Of a DNA stretch of 64,000 bases, positions 52,254-64,000 are shown in pieces. The translations under genes were made by a program, and so were the position numbers. Position 1 is the stretch's first letter. Every line of letters starts with the position of its first letter. Below the pieces are notes generated by a model. That model did no database searches. It had not been told where the DNA came from and saw only the letters and a list, made by a program, of their open reading frames with translations. The DNA is from Epiperipatus broadwayi (taxonomy: Eukaryota > Animalia > Onychophora): assembly GCA_028023455.1 (NCBI GenBank), contig JAQFVV010000001.1:24614001-24678000 (forward strand), given 5' to 3'.

Positions 52254-53544
52254 ATCAACTGAAAATATATAAAAAGCAAAATAATAAACAAATATAAAAA
52301 AAAACTAATACATGAATAAATTAAAATAGATGATCACAAGATAATGCAAGCAACCACATATATGAAAGTTCAGGAAAAAAGATTGCTTTTATTTCTAGAT
52401 AAAATTCTTTTAAATTAAGTTAAAATATAATTTATCTGTAAATTAGTGATTCAAGTCTTGCATCAGGTATGAAAAAATCTCATGTCTCAAAGTCATAAAA
52501 CTTTTTAGTTTATTTATTTGAAAATCTTCAGATGGTGGACATTTTTACAAATTAAAAAAATACGCACGTTATATAAAGCCTTGATATATTCTCCATTAAG
52601 TTAGCAATGAAACTAACATTTTTTAAATGTTACAAAATTTATAATTCCAAAAAAAAAAAAATAATAATAATAATGAAGTGCAAAGGCTCATTATTAAAGT
52701 TTTTAAGATAAATTTCTTTTTCATTAAATGCTTTCTCATTATTACCACACATAATTTAGAATATTATTTTTGTACTTGACCATACAAAAAGTTGCTTATT
52801 TAATATGTAAATATATTTTACACTGACAAGGAAATCACATTCTAACATTACAACTATTGTTTAAAATAGTAGTAGAGTATAACGATTTTTATACAACCAT
52901 GATAAGACTCAAAAGAGTTGAAAGCACTTGGCAATAGTGTTTTATATTATTTTAATGTTTCTCTGTTTTATACAATAGTTGTATTGTTAGATTTATATTT
53001 TATAGTAATAGAAGTATTGGATTTATTATACTGATAAGAAAAACAATTGCCATTTCGTTAATATTAATAAGATTATGATAATTTCTGGATTGTGAACAAT
53101 AATGTTAAGGGATATGCTAAAACAGAGATCTCTGACATTAAACATTTTACATTTTTTTTGTTTATTTTTCAGAAATTAGCAATTATATTTCATCTAAACA
53201 AATTTAGCTTATGCTAGCTAAGTAGAGAAATGATTTAGTGCTTTATATTGTTTATTTGTTATAAAATGTAATAATTTTTTTTATCATATACTTGAATTTT
53301 TATTAAATTAATATATGTATCATTAATTATTTGCCTTTTTAAAAAAAATTTAAAGAGGTGTTATGGTTTTTGGAAAAAACAAACAGATTCTCCATTCCTG
53401 ATGTAATCTGCAATCAACTTGTGTATTTGAAATTCCTATATTTTAGTAAGATATGTTTAAAAGTGTGTATATATATATATATATATAAGTTTTGTATATA
53501 TATATGAAAGTATGTATTTATAATGTTTGTTTTTTTTTTTATAG

Positions 53545-53753
53545 ATTCTGTGAGTTCAGATTATCTAAAACATTGTAGCAAAATAATAAATTCATGCCGG
53601 AGCAAAATATTGGAAGACTTGCAACAAAATAAAATTATTATTCCTGACAGCATTACAGATAATGAATCATCATTTTTTACTCTACTATATGACTTTTTAA
53701 AGCCAATATTTAATCATCATCTTACTTTATTAAAAAGTGATAATAAGAGTTAA
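53545..53753 (+). CDS. PSTK: PSTK-like terminal coding exon
   Basis: Poly-T acceptor tttttttatag. Phase 1 gives DSVSSDYLKHCSKIINSCRSKILEDLQQNKIIIP...KS*, matching PSTK LK...ELN..K..FLEDL. AATAAA at ~53913. Confidence 0.8.
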
Positions 53754-56069
53754 TTTGATGAATTTTTATAAGCTATGAAAAATAAGAATTCCCATCCTTG
53801 ATGTTAAGTTATTCATTCATTAATTTTTTTTTATGGCAAGAATCATCCTGAAAATAGAAATATTTAAAAAAAAAATTTGAAAATCTGAACATTTTAAATT
53901 TCTATAGAAAAAAATAAATTACTACAAATAAAAAAAAAATCCTTGGGACATTTTTAGAAACAATTAAAAATATAAATCAACAAAAATAAGACATTATACA
54001 TTAAATTAAATTGTATCATTAAACTAGTTGATATATTTGTAATAGATTAATAATTTTATCAGTTATTATGAGACATGAATAAATGCTCTTAAAATTTTTC
54101 CTTAATCGTTGCCTCTGTGTGAAAGACATTATTACATCTCATTCTATTTTATTTTTTTACGATTAATATCATTATTTATCTGTCTTCTTTTCAGTCACTT
54201 TAAAAAGTAATTTTTATGTTCTTAATGTCTTTAAGCATATGCATTTATTTTTAAAAATTTCTTATTATTCTTTTAGTACTTTTAATTTGAACTTACCAAT
54301 TTTTTTTTCTTTATGTAATGCTATGTTCCAAAATAGTTATAGTAATACATGATTTGCAATATAAAGTTCTTTTAAATAAAAATCTGACATTTCTGAAACC
54401 TTTAGTTATTTTCTTATTCACTCAAGAGTTTAGATATGTATATATTTAAATCTTTTTATTTGATCCACTATTCCTTCACTACTTTTGTAACCTTTTTTTT
54501 ATTATTTACTTTCATTTTAGTTTCTAAATGATTTCACAATGTTTACTATATTTTGAAAATTGTTTTGAATACACCAATTGCAAATCATATCATTAACAAA
54601 AATTATTTATTAAAGACAAAAAAGATTTATTATATTATTAACATTATATTAAATGATTGCAGATAGATAAAAAGAGAAAAATATGTATAAAGAAAATATA
54701 ATAAACAATTGAATATATAAAATAACAAAAATTTGCTCAAGTAATAACATTATTAGAAAATAAAAATGTCATTATTAAAGAAGAAATAATTAATAATGAC
54801 TATCCATTATATATCATAAAATTATTAATAAGAAAAACATTAAAATAACATTAACCATATTTTTGGTTCTCTACTATGTCCATATATCATGAACTATATA
54901 ATTCTTTTTGTGTTTCCATAATTTTCATGGCCAGCATTTATTTTGTTCTTTCTAGTGCTGATATTTCAAAATATTTTAGTTTCAGTCAACAGATGGAAGC
55001 AATAATCAGTCACAAAAATGACATTCAATTGGAAATTAATTTTTCTGATTGATTTCTTCAGTTATATGAAACCATATTTAATTTTGAGTTTTTTGCTGCA
55101 ATTTGATATAAGAAAAAATGTGTATATTTTTATAATTTTAAAGTATTCAGTGTATATTATTTATTTGATTTTTATAAATAAAAATAAATAGAAACAATAT
55201 TTACATTTTTTGTTTTGCTTCTTGTGTTTTTAAAACATTTAGAAAATTTGCATGGAATGGCATAAAGTATGCTTTGCATTTGTTTATTTTATATCAAGTA
55301 AATTAAACAATTTCTCACACTTTTTATTTCTGAAAAATTACATTGTTAAATAGTCACATTCAGATAAATATATATATATGGTGAGCAACTTATGCTAAAA
55401 AAAAATTTAAAGTAAGAGATTAAGAAATACAAGAATAAAAGTAGAATATATCAATTTAAAAATAAACAGATAAAAAAATAAGAAAAATTTTATAATCTTA
55501 AATAAAAAATATATCCAGTCCATCTATATATATTGTGCTATCTGGAGATATTCCTACCACATGTATAGAATTAAAAAAATTTTGTGTGAATGTTAGACTA
55601 TCTTATTTTGGGATTATTGATTATTACAATTGCCAAGTGTCTGCATTTTTCTTTTATCTTTAGAAAATAATGCAACACTAAATTATTTGAAGATTTTAAA
55701 GATATTCATAATTTGAAAGGGAGAAAACATACAAATTATGGCGTATGTATATATTTTTATAACATTAACTTTTGACCTATAAATAATAAATGTTTTAAAA
55801 TTAAATCAGCAATTTTGACTTGTTTTGTGTTGCTATATTTTAGATTACTGATAAAAATGAGAACACGTTAATTTAAAATAACATCACTCATTTACACATT
55901 CATAGATCACTGATATTTGTTATATTTTACATGTACTAATTCGTTTATATGTATGTATGTATTGTAATGGTCAGATTTGTTCAGCCAGCAAAACTAATCT
56001 TCAGAACCAAGCAATGATCACTAACTCATATGTCTGTGTGTAACATTGATATAAACATTACAACAATAT

Positions 56070-56432
56070 AAAGTCAAACCTCATTACCTATGCTTCCAGG
56101 ACAATTTCCATGTGACTACTGCATGTGATGTTAGCTTATATGCCCTTTTTCTTATATTCTTCTGAGGTCAGGGAGATACAAGAGACTTAAAACTAAAAAA
56201 AATGCTAATTGTGGAAAACAAGCCACAAATGTGAGAGGTTACATACATATAGAATAATAAACAAAAAAAATAAAAGTTCATATGTCTAGATTTAAACCTA
56301 AAATTATATTGCATTTCTTCTAGGCTAAACAAAATTAATTAGCGACTAAACAGTTTAATTATCGCTAACTTACTATAGGCTTTATATGTCTTAATAATCT
56401 CCAGGATGGACATTCTATAATGGTTTGACTTA
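56070..56432. mobile_element. Possible pogo/Tigger-like MITE remnant
   Basis: aagtcaaacctcatta at the left and taatggtttgactt at the right form an imperfect TIR resembling CAGTCAAACCTC. Confidence 0.35.
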
Positions 56433-59059
56433 ATTACTTCTTAATTAAGCAGGGTGAAGCTAGGAATATTTATTTATATTAAAGTCACAATCATTAATAT
56501 TTATGACCATAATGGACTTAGTAACCTGACTAACTACATGCTTCAACATCAGACTTTAAAAATACATTTAAAAAACCAATGCAGTATTAGTTTATATAAA
56601 ATATCTGATGAGAAAACAGAGATGGGGTATGCCCACCTTGATTGAGGCCATACCCAGAAATTTCATCAGAGCAGAGGGTCATATAAAGCAGGAATGAATG
56701 TCTGCTACAACCAGTAAAAAACATTCCTATTAAGCAGGAAATTTGTTTGCACTGATAATAATATTAAGGGCAACAGCGAAGTTTATATATGAAAGATACA
56801 TCCACCTTCACATGACTATCAAGAAAATACTCAGCCAATTCATTTTCACAAAACAGGAATGATCATCTTGCAGAATAGATATGCAAATTAAAAAATGTCT
56901 ATAAACCCAACAGAATTTAAATGAATGAGCAATAAGTAATTCATTATGAAAATCTGGAATTTACTATTATTGCAAAGAAAACAAGTAGCTAGCCACATTA
57001 TAAGTTTGACCAAGCGATCGTAAATCACTTTACATGGCTAAGTGAAAATATAATTGGTTCATCCAGTATAAATACTCAAACAATAAAAGAATCCCTGCTT
57101 AATTGAAGGTGCATCCTAGAGATCACACACATATTAAGAAATATAATATCCATACAGTAGCTTGAGAGGTCTAATTTAGATATGAAATGTTTATGAAGCT
57201 AACATAAATTAAATGTCATATATTTGTCCCTTCAAAAAATAATATAAATTAACCTTATTTTTAGCATTGTTTTTTAAAATTAATTTAACTTATTTTTATA
57301 TTTCTTTATTTAAAAAAAAAACTTGGTTTTATAATCTCAATAATTGCAAGAGTAAAGTTTTAAATGAAATGTACAATTGATTACTTTTTAGATAAACAAT
57401 CTTTGAGTCAGTTGAGGGAGGGGGATTAAAACATCACTACACTTTTGCTTAATTAACTTTATTTTATGGGGGTGATTCTCGGAATTTAAGAGGTGAAAAT
57501 ATATTTACAAAACCCTCATCACCTGTTTACTATATAACTTAAGAATGACTGCATATAGCAATATATTTGAATCATTCTTAGCAAATACTTGTTAGTTTAG
57601 CATATATGTATAATATTAAAGTAAAACAATATTAGAGAAGAATATAACACAAAAATAATTTAAAATAATGCAAGCAAAAGGAAAATATGCATATGAATTG
57701 TTTTAAGGTGGTAATGTAGGATTGCAGAGATCTCATCGCAAGATTTCAATGTTTCTGTGATTACCTTCATGAATTATTTCAAAAATGTGGCAAGTTATGA
57801 AGAGCAGCATATAGGTATGATGACTCGTGACTTTCATAATGAAATTCAATTTCACTTGATCCTGGATGGTATTTTTCTTAGATATTAATACTTAATTCTG
57901 GATACAGGCTGGTTTTTTAGAATAGTATATGACTAAGAGTGAGTTTATTTGTTGAATGACAGCACAGCAGGCTGAATTCATTTATGATGACAGGAACATT
58001 GGAACAGGCATAGTGGTTAGCAGACTTCAGATGAGCAGCAGTTCAACTTCATTGGAATTCCAAACTTGTGCTCCCTTGGAGTGCTGAAGAGGAAGTGGAC
58101 ACAAGCTTCTACTCACAGGTTGTGCATATATGGCTTCTAACGACAAAATGATTGATGAGCTTAAAATTTTGTGGATGAAGATCTTATGGACAAACAAGAA
58201 TTTTCTCAAAAAACCAGCTTGAAATTTTTTTCATCAAAAGACCATGTTTTCACATTTACCTGAGTATTTATATTATTTTTCAACAAAAGTTATCCAGATT
58301 AGTTTTATTAAAATATTTCTACTGCTAATAATTTTGATCAACTTAATTACAATTTAATCTTGTATTTCTTTATTAATTGGGAAAATTTTCTAAATTTTGA
58401 ATACCTTTAGTCTACTTGGATTTTTTGCAGTAATTAAGTATCAATTAACACTTCTTACCACAAGACCAACTATTGTAAACATCATCCTTTAAATAGATAA
58501 TACCCAGCCACTTCTATTATTTATTAATTAGTTTTAATAAGAAAACTAGCAGTACCCTGTAATTAACCTGCTTTTCCAAATTTTATTAAAATCTAATTTT
58601 AAGTAGCTTAAATTTTAATTAATTGTTTTTTACCAGAATTTTCTTGAATCTATTATGCATTTGAACATTACTAGTTATTTTAAAGAAATAAATCAACTGA
58701 TTGATTATAATTTTTATGAAAATATATTTTGTGATGAAAGGAATGTTTAAAATTTTATACTACCATATTTTTTAAAACTTGTTAATCAATTAGTTATTAA
58801 ATAATTGTTTTAAAAAATATTTTTATCCTTAATTTATTCTATCCATTTCCTGTTTCATAAATTGCAGTATATGTGACTTTATTTCATGACAGCTTAATGT
58901 TCTAGGATTTTTTTAATGATCCTAATAAAACTATTTACTTATAATAGGGTAAACCTAGTAATTATTCAAAATGCTTTATAAAAAGTTGCTTTATTTATCT
59001 TTTTCTCGTATTAATAGTTTATAGAGTTTTTGTTTTCTGAGCTAGATTTGTGCATAACA

Positions 59060-60480
59060 GTTACATTGAGTAGAGTTTTATGTCTAGTGCTATGGACATC
59101 CAGAAAATGATAGTCCTGGTTGATGCAAAAGGGATATTCTTTAAAATCCCAGCACTACATTTTATTTATTATTTCTTTAGAAATTTAGTTTATACTTGAC
59201 CAGTACATTAATGGTATTAAGTGGCCAGAGCATTGATGATGGTCAGGATATTTATAGTACCTCAACATTATTTGACTTGTATTTTGATGGAATTCCTACT
59301 CTAGGTTTGATAGTGGCTATATAATTAACCTGAATCTATAGTAGACCACTTTCAAATACAGTCACAAGATTGACTTGATTTATTTTTATTGTTGATCATT
59401 CAAGATGATGAATGATCATTACTTGTGTAATGCTGGTGAATTGATAGTACTTTGCTGATCTCTTATGCTTATTTCTTTTATATTTAATTTATTTGGGGAT
59501 GATGATGGTTTCCCATCTCATAATTCAACCTTAAAGTGGTGTACTGTTATAAATGGCTAGACTCTTATTAACCCCTATTTTCCAAACTGTTTATTATTGT
59601 TTAAATAATCTGTCCCAAGCTGACAAGGACTAAATAATTAGTCTGGTCTATAGTAGACCCATTTCAAATCCAGTCACAAGATTGACTTGATTTTCATTGC
59701 TGATCATTCATGATGATGAATGCTTGGTTACTTTTGTGTAGTGCTGGTGAACTTATAGTTCTGTGTTAATCTCTCAATGGCTCATATTCATTATCATTCC
59801 TTTTATATTTAATATTTAAATTTTGTAATAACAGGTTGAGGATGGTGAGTGTTATCACCCTAGGTTCACCCCTGTTTCCCCATACTATTACAAATGGCAC
59901 CCAATATAGAGCCATTTGTAACAGTGGAAAATTTATCACCATTAACCCCAAGCCAATACAAAATTTAAATATAAAATTAAATGCAAATTGAATATAAAAG
60001 GAATGAGCATTAGAGATTCACACAGAACTAATTATAAGTAGCTGTAAGTTCAGCATTGCACAAAAGCAATAATCATTCATCATCATGAATGAGCAACAAT
60101 AAAAATGAATCAACTTCAATATTATGACTGGATTTGTAATGGGGTCTATAGTAGACCAAGCTAATTATTTAGCCCTTGCCAAATTTGGGATAGCAATACA
60201 ATATAATTTGGATGTACAAACATAAGTGCTTATCCATAAAAAATGTAACAAAATAATGCTGGAATACTAAAACATGCTGATCATCATCAACCTCTGGTCA
60301 TTTAGTACCATTATTGTACTGTACAACCTTAATTGCTAATAAATACTAAACTAAATAAAATGTAGGGCATGGAATTTTAAGGATATCCCTATTGTACCCC
60401 ATCCAGCATTAGAGAAATAATGAAATCAACTTGATGTCCATAACACTAAACTGTAACAGTATGAAAAGTAGAGCTGCTTT
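59060..60480. repeat. ~1.4 kb imperfect palindrome (fold-back element) with a ~311-bp tandem duplication in the left arm
   Basis: Central hairpin actattacaaatggc / gccatttgtaacagt (59884-59925). 59560-59775 is inverted at 60015-60215 and 59070-59260 at 60290-60460. ctatagtagacc repeats at 59337 and 59648. Confidence 0.88.
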
Positions 60481-62199
60481 AACCTAACCTAGAGATGCAG
60501 GTAGAGGGGGTTCAAACCTCACCTACTCTTCCAGATTGCTACTAAGTGACTTACTCCCCAAACCTCACTAGAATTTATTCTTTATGCATGCCCGATAGTC
60601 AGAGAGAGATGAGATCCCAAAGGGGAAATTTAACAAAAAAAAATCAGGTTTAGACTATAATGAAAGCACAGACAATTAATATATAATTGGATTAGTGAAT
60701 GACATTTTTATTAGTTGAGATGACAATTTGAAGACTAAAAAATAAAAAAATGTTGCAAGTTATTTTCTTGCATCTACAAACATAGATATGTATAGCTATA
60801 CATTAGTAAGATCTATTTAATGTATTTTAAACAATTATATGATTATTATATAACAATACCATACTTAGCCAACAGCTGGGTGCTTAACTTTAAAGAGACA
60901 GAAAAACATCCCTAGGGTGAAGTTACAAAAATGGATAATTGGTTAAACTAAAATAGATTAAGGCCATGTTCAAATATAGCCTGCATTTAAATGGCAAATA
61001 AAATAAATCCCCCCAGTAGACATTTTTCAGATTTAATTGGTAATATTTTGAACATATTATTACAAAGTAAGGTTTTATCTATAATGAAATTAAGAACTCG
61101 TGGTCCTTGGTGATTCAATTGTGTGAGTTTAGAAGCGTGTCTCAGGGCTCAAAGGTTTTTTACATATATGGCTAACTTGGGTCTGAATAGCACTCCGGGT
61201 CTTACACAGAGAAATGAAGCTTGTTCACCACAGTGTGATCTGAGCTCAGGGTCAGAGTATAAGTGCTTGTGTCCAATAATAATTTGAAAAAGGGGTCAAG
61301 ATCCACTTTATCTTCAATGGCCATCTCGGAGCGATGTTGGCCTATTAATCAAAGATGATGGGTGCTATGAATATGTGCCAAGACAGGAATCACCGAGTAA
61401 CAATATGAGGAAAATGCGGTCAAACAATCATTAAACTTTAAAAATCTTAAGTAAATATACTTATATGAAATAATATAACTTCAAAATGTTCTGAGACTGA
61501 GAAAAATATCTACTCTTAAAAACAATTATTACTTTATTCCTTTTAACTAGCAATATATATATATGAAAATGTGTAATTAATAATTAATTACTATTTAACT
61601 AGCTCACTCTTAGAGTTAATAAAGACTTACGATTTTAATTTATATATATGACTGTATTGTCCCCTCTCTTACATTTAATAAACTATGAATGCTTAAGCTA
61701 TATATGTTCTATACATATACATTAGTAAAACCCAGGTTGACTTTAAAGAGTGATAAAAAATATAAAGTAGGATTGGATTTTTTTTTTAAAAAAACACAGA
61801 AAATTTAACCTTTTGATAAATATACTCACATATCTTTTATTGCTAAGTATAAATTAAAAGAAACATTATTTTTCTAAAAGACAATTGCATGCATTTATCT
61901 CTTTTTCATATAATATATATTGTACCTATATTGATATAGGCACATATAATTTTTATCTAAAATTATTATTAAAGTAATCTTTCGTAAAAGAAAAACATAA
62001 AATTAAATGTTGAAGAGTTTATTCAGTTTGTTTTAGAAAAAGATAGGAATTAAATAGTTTTTATTAGTATTCGTAAAAATATAAATATACAAATCTCTTT
62101 TCATTCAAGTTTAATTAAAGAAAAAATAATGTTAAAACTAGATAGTAAATTGTATTAAAAATATATGACCGTATATAGGTGCGATTGTCAACAATAGAA

Positions 62200-63534
62200 T
62201 AAATGTTATTATAAAGTTAAAGAAGATTATTACTAAAAAACACGGCAATGGTTATTAATTAAAATATAAAACAACATCTCTGCATGGCTATTACTAATTA
62301 AGCAATCTTCCAAAACACGTTTATCAAATGATTATCATTGGAATTTGACAACAGATCTTTGCCGGAGATATCAGAAAGACAACAAGGCGCAGGTATAAAT
62401 AGACTTTTTATCGGACAGTTATTCAGTTCCACAAATTAGTTGAGACAATCAGGTTCACAAAGTTATTGAGAGAGTGCAGTTCGGAAATTAATTGAGTCAG
62501 CTAAGAAACAAAATGCAGTTCTGAGAAAATTTTGGAACGCACGTTCACCTCCAGCCCAGATGTCCGAGAAAACAGCAGATCTGCCCGTGAAATAATGTCA
62601 GCTTAACATCTTAGAAAATCTCCGTCAGTATCTATTTGTCTCCGATAGCAATAATCGTGAAAATCAGGAAACTCAGCAAGGAAACGTCCCAGCCGGCTGG
62701 TAAGCATTTATAATGGAAATATCCTCACCAAAAGCAGCCTCCAAAGAACAAAATTCTACATCAACATTCAAAATCCTAGGTAAAACATTTGCTTATTTTT
62801 GTTTATTCTGTAATAGCCATTGCATTTCATTAATTCGTGTGAATCCTCCAAGAGTCTAATTATATGAACTCGATATCATACATAAATGAACTATTGATAT
62901 GTGTGTGATTAAATTTCAAATGCTATGTAGTCTTTTATTATCATTATTATGTGTGTGCATTAGTTAATATGTGCATGATCATTTTACCAATGTTTATTAG
63001 TTAAATTAGAGTGTACTGTTATTAAATCTATAGGAATATTTAAACTATTTAGAAATGTTAATTTAAAATATGCGTGTGTTTTATTAGAATGTCTAAATTT
63101 AGTAAATAAATGTTAGTTAATAAATTATCTTTAAAATTAAACTTTATTTGTCGGTCAATTCTTTTTATCAATTCTTTTACAATTCTTTTTAACAAATTCT
63201 TTATCAAGTCTTTTAACCACTAATTAAGTATAATCTATTAGTGATTACAAACAACTGAGCTAGTCGTGGATTTAGGCGTTGAGTTAGTGGCCATTGCTTA
63301 AAGTGCGTTATTTATTCATCCTTGAATAGATAGCTGGCGCCCGTGTTTATACACAAACAAAAAAAGTGCTTTGAACTTGGTGTTGAACTCAACAGTCGAG
63401 AAGAAGTTATGTCCTGGAAATGTAACATTAGTTATATACTTTATAGCTATCGTTTGGGCATACATACTCTCCGAGTATGTTCTTCTCTGCCTAAGAGACC
63501 GGTGATTCGAATCTACATATTCGAATACGGTTCA
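62200..63534 (+). mobile_element. Probable 5' LTR of a Gypsy-type element; internal region runs off the window
   Basis: CpG-retaining block with TATAAAT at 62394 and downstream cagtt motifs, ending ggttca before a PBS-like motif. The left boundary is a guess. Confidence 0.45.
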
Positions 63535-63536
63535 AA

Positions 63537-63562
63537 TGGCTAGACCCAACTTGGGGCTGAAC
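63537..63562 (+). promoter_or_regulatory. tRNA-Lys(CUU)-type primer-binding site, degenerate
   Basis: tggctagacccaacttggggctgaac vs TGGCGCCCAACGTGGGGCTCGAAC, the reverse complement of the tRNA-Lys(CUU) 3' end. Confidence 0.55.
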
Positions 63563-64000
63563 TTAAGAAACAATAGTAATGAGATACTTTGTTTCTTGTT
63601 TGAAAAATTTGTTTTATACAAAAGTTAAATTACGTATGTAAAAGTGTTTTAATTTTAAAAAAAGAATTGACCGAAAACTTTTTTTTTCGAAATGAAAAGA
63701 GATTTTGACATTTATGCTATCAAATCAGAGACAGCTGATATTTGGGCGGGGTTAAAGCATTAAGAGCAGGTAGCGAAAAGGACAAAAGTCTGGAGGTAAC
63801 ATGAGTTTCTGTCTTAGTAAGAAAAATAAATAAATAAGTCATATTTAAATTTAGTTTAACATAAGCGCTAGTACTTTGAAATTGAAATTTTTGAAAATGG
63901 ATCCGAAAGAAAGCCCAATATATTTTAAAAATCCCCAGTTAGTGGAAAAAGAGAAAGAAGAAGTATCTGAGACGTGAATGATGATGAATATGATGCAAGA

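Noticed and set aside
53754-53830. ATGA...AA...TGAT as a SECIS element
   Set aside because: Helix II is only ~7 bp and not adjacent to the 3' GA of the quartet.
57960-58260. SDEQQFNFIG...-containing frame as a Tc1/piggyBac transposase
   Set aside because: Only one motif-like word; family and boundaries cannot be supported.
1-64000. CRISPR arrays, rRNA, prokaryotic operons or endogenous viral genes
   Set aside because: None seen. The repeats lack the unique-spacer pattern and the sequence is intron- and TE-rich eukaryotic DNA.

Overview
Very AT-rich (by eye about 25-30% GC) animal genomic DNA, probably arthropod (inferred from the transposon families and intron sizes). The one host gene I can recognise is the 3' part of a PSTK-like gene (O-phosphoseryl-tRNA(Sec) kinase, selenocysteine pathway) on the + strand. 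It has small exons at 23089-23167, 37929-38022 and 53545-53753, and probably 19412-19449, separated by 3.6-15.5 kb introns. Its kinase/P-loop exons were not found and probably lie upstream of the window. Nearly everything else is layered transposon debris: RTE LINEs (one full-length but decayed, two younger 3' fragments), an L1/Tx1-like RT fragment, I/Jockey-type LINE pieces, Penelope-like remnants with hammerhead-ribozyme-like cores, hAT and piggyBac transposase pseudogenes, MITEs, and Gypsy-type LTR pieces (gag, integrase, tRNA-Lys PBS). The most unusual items are: (i) a 3.4-kb insert carrying an unidentified short-intron spliced gene and a higher-order repeat, sitting inside the LTR of an old provirus; (ii) three hammerhead-like motifs, one with an intact core in host-sense orientation; (iii) two unrelated fold-back arrays built as tandem 310-350 bp units followed by inverted units; (iv) a splice-phase-consistent ATG-to-stop exon chain into the PSTK 3' exons with a single in-frame TGA. 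No database searches were possible; family calls rest on motifs translated by hand and most TE boundaries are approximate.
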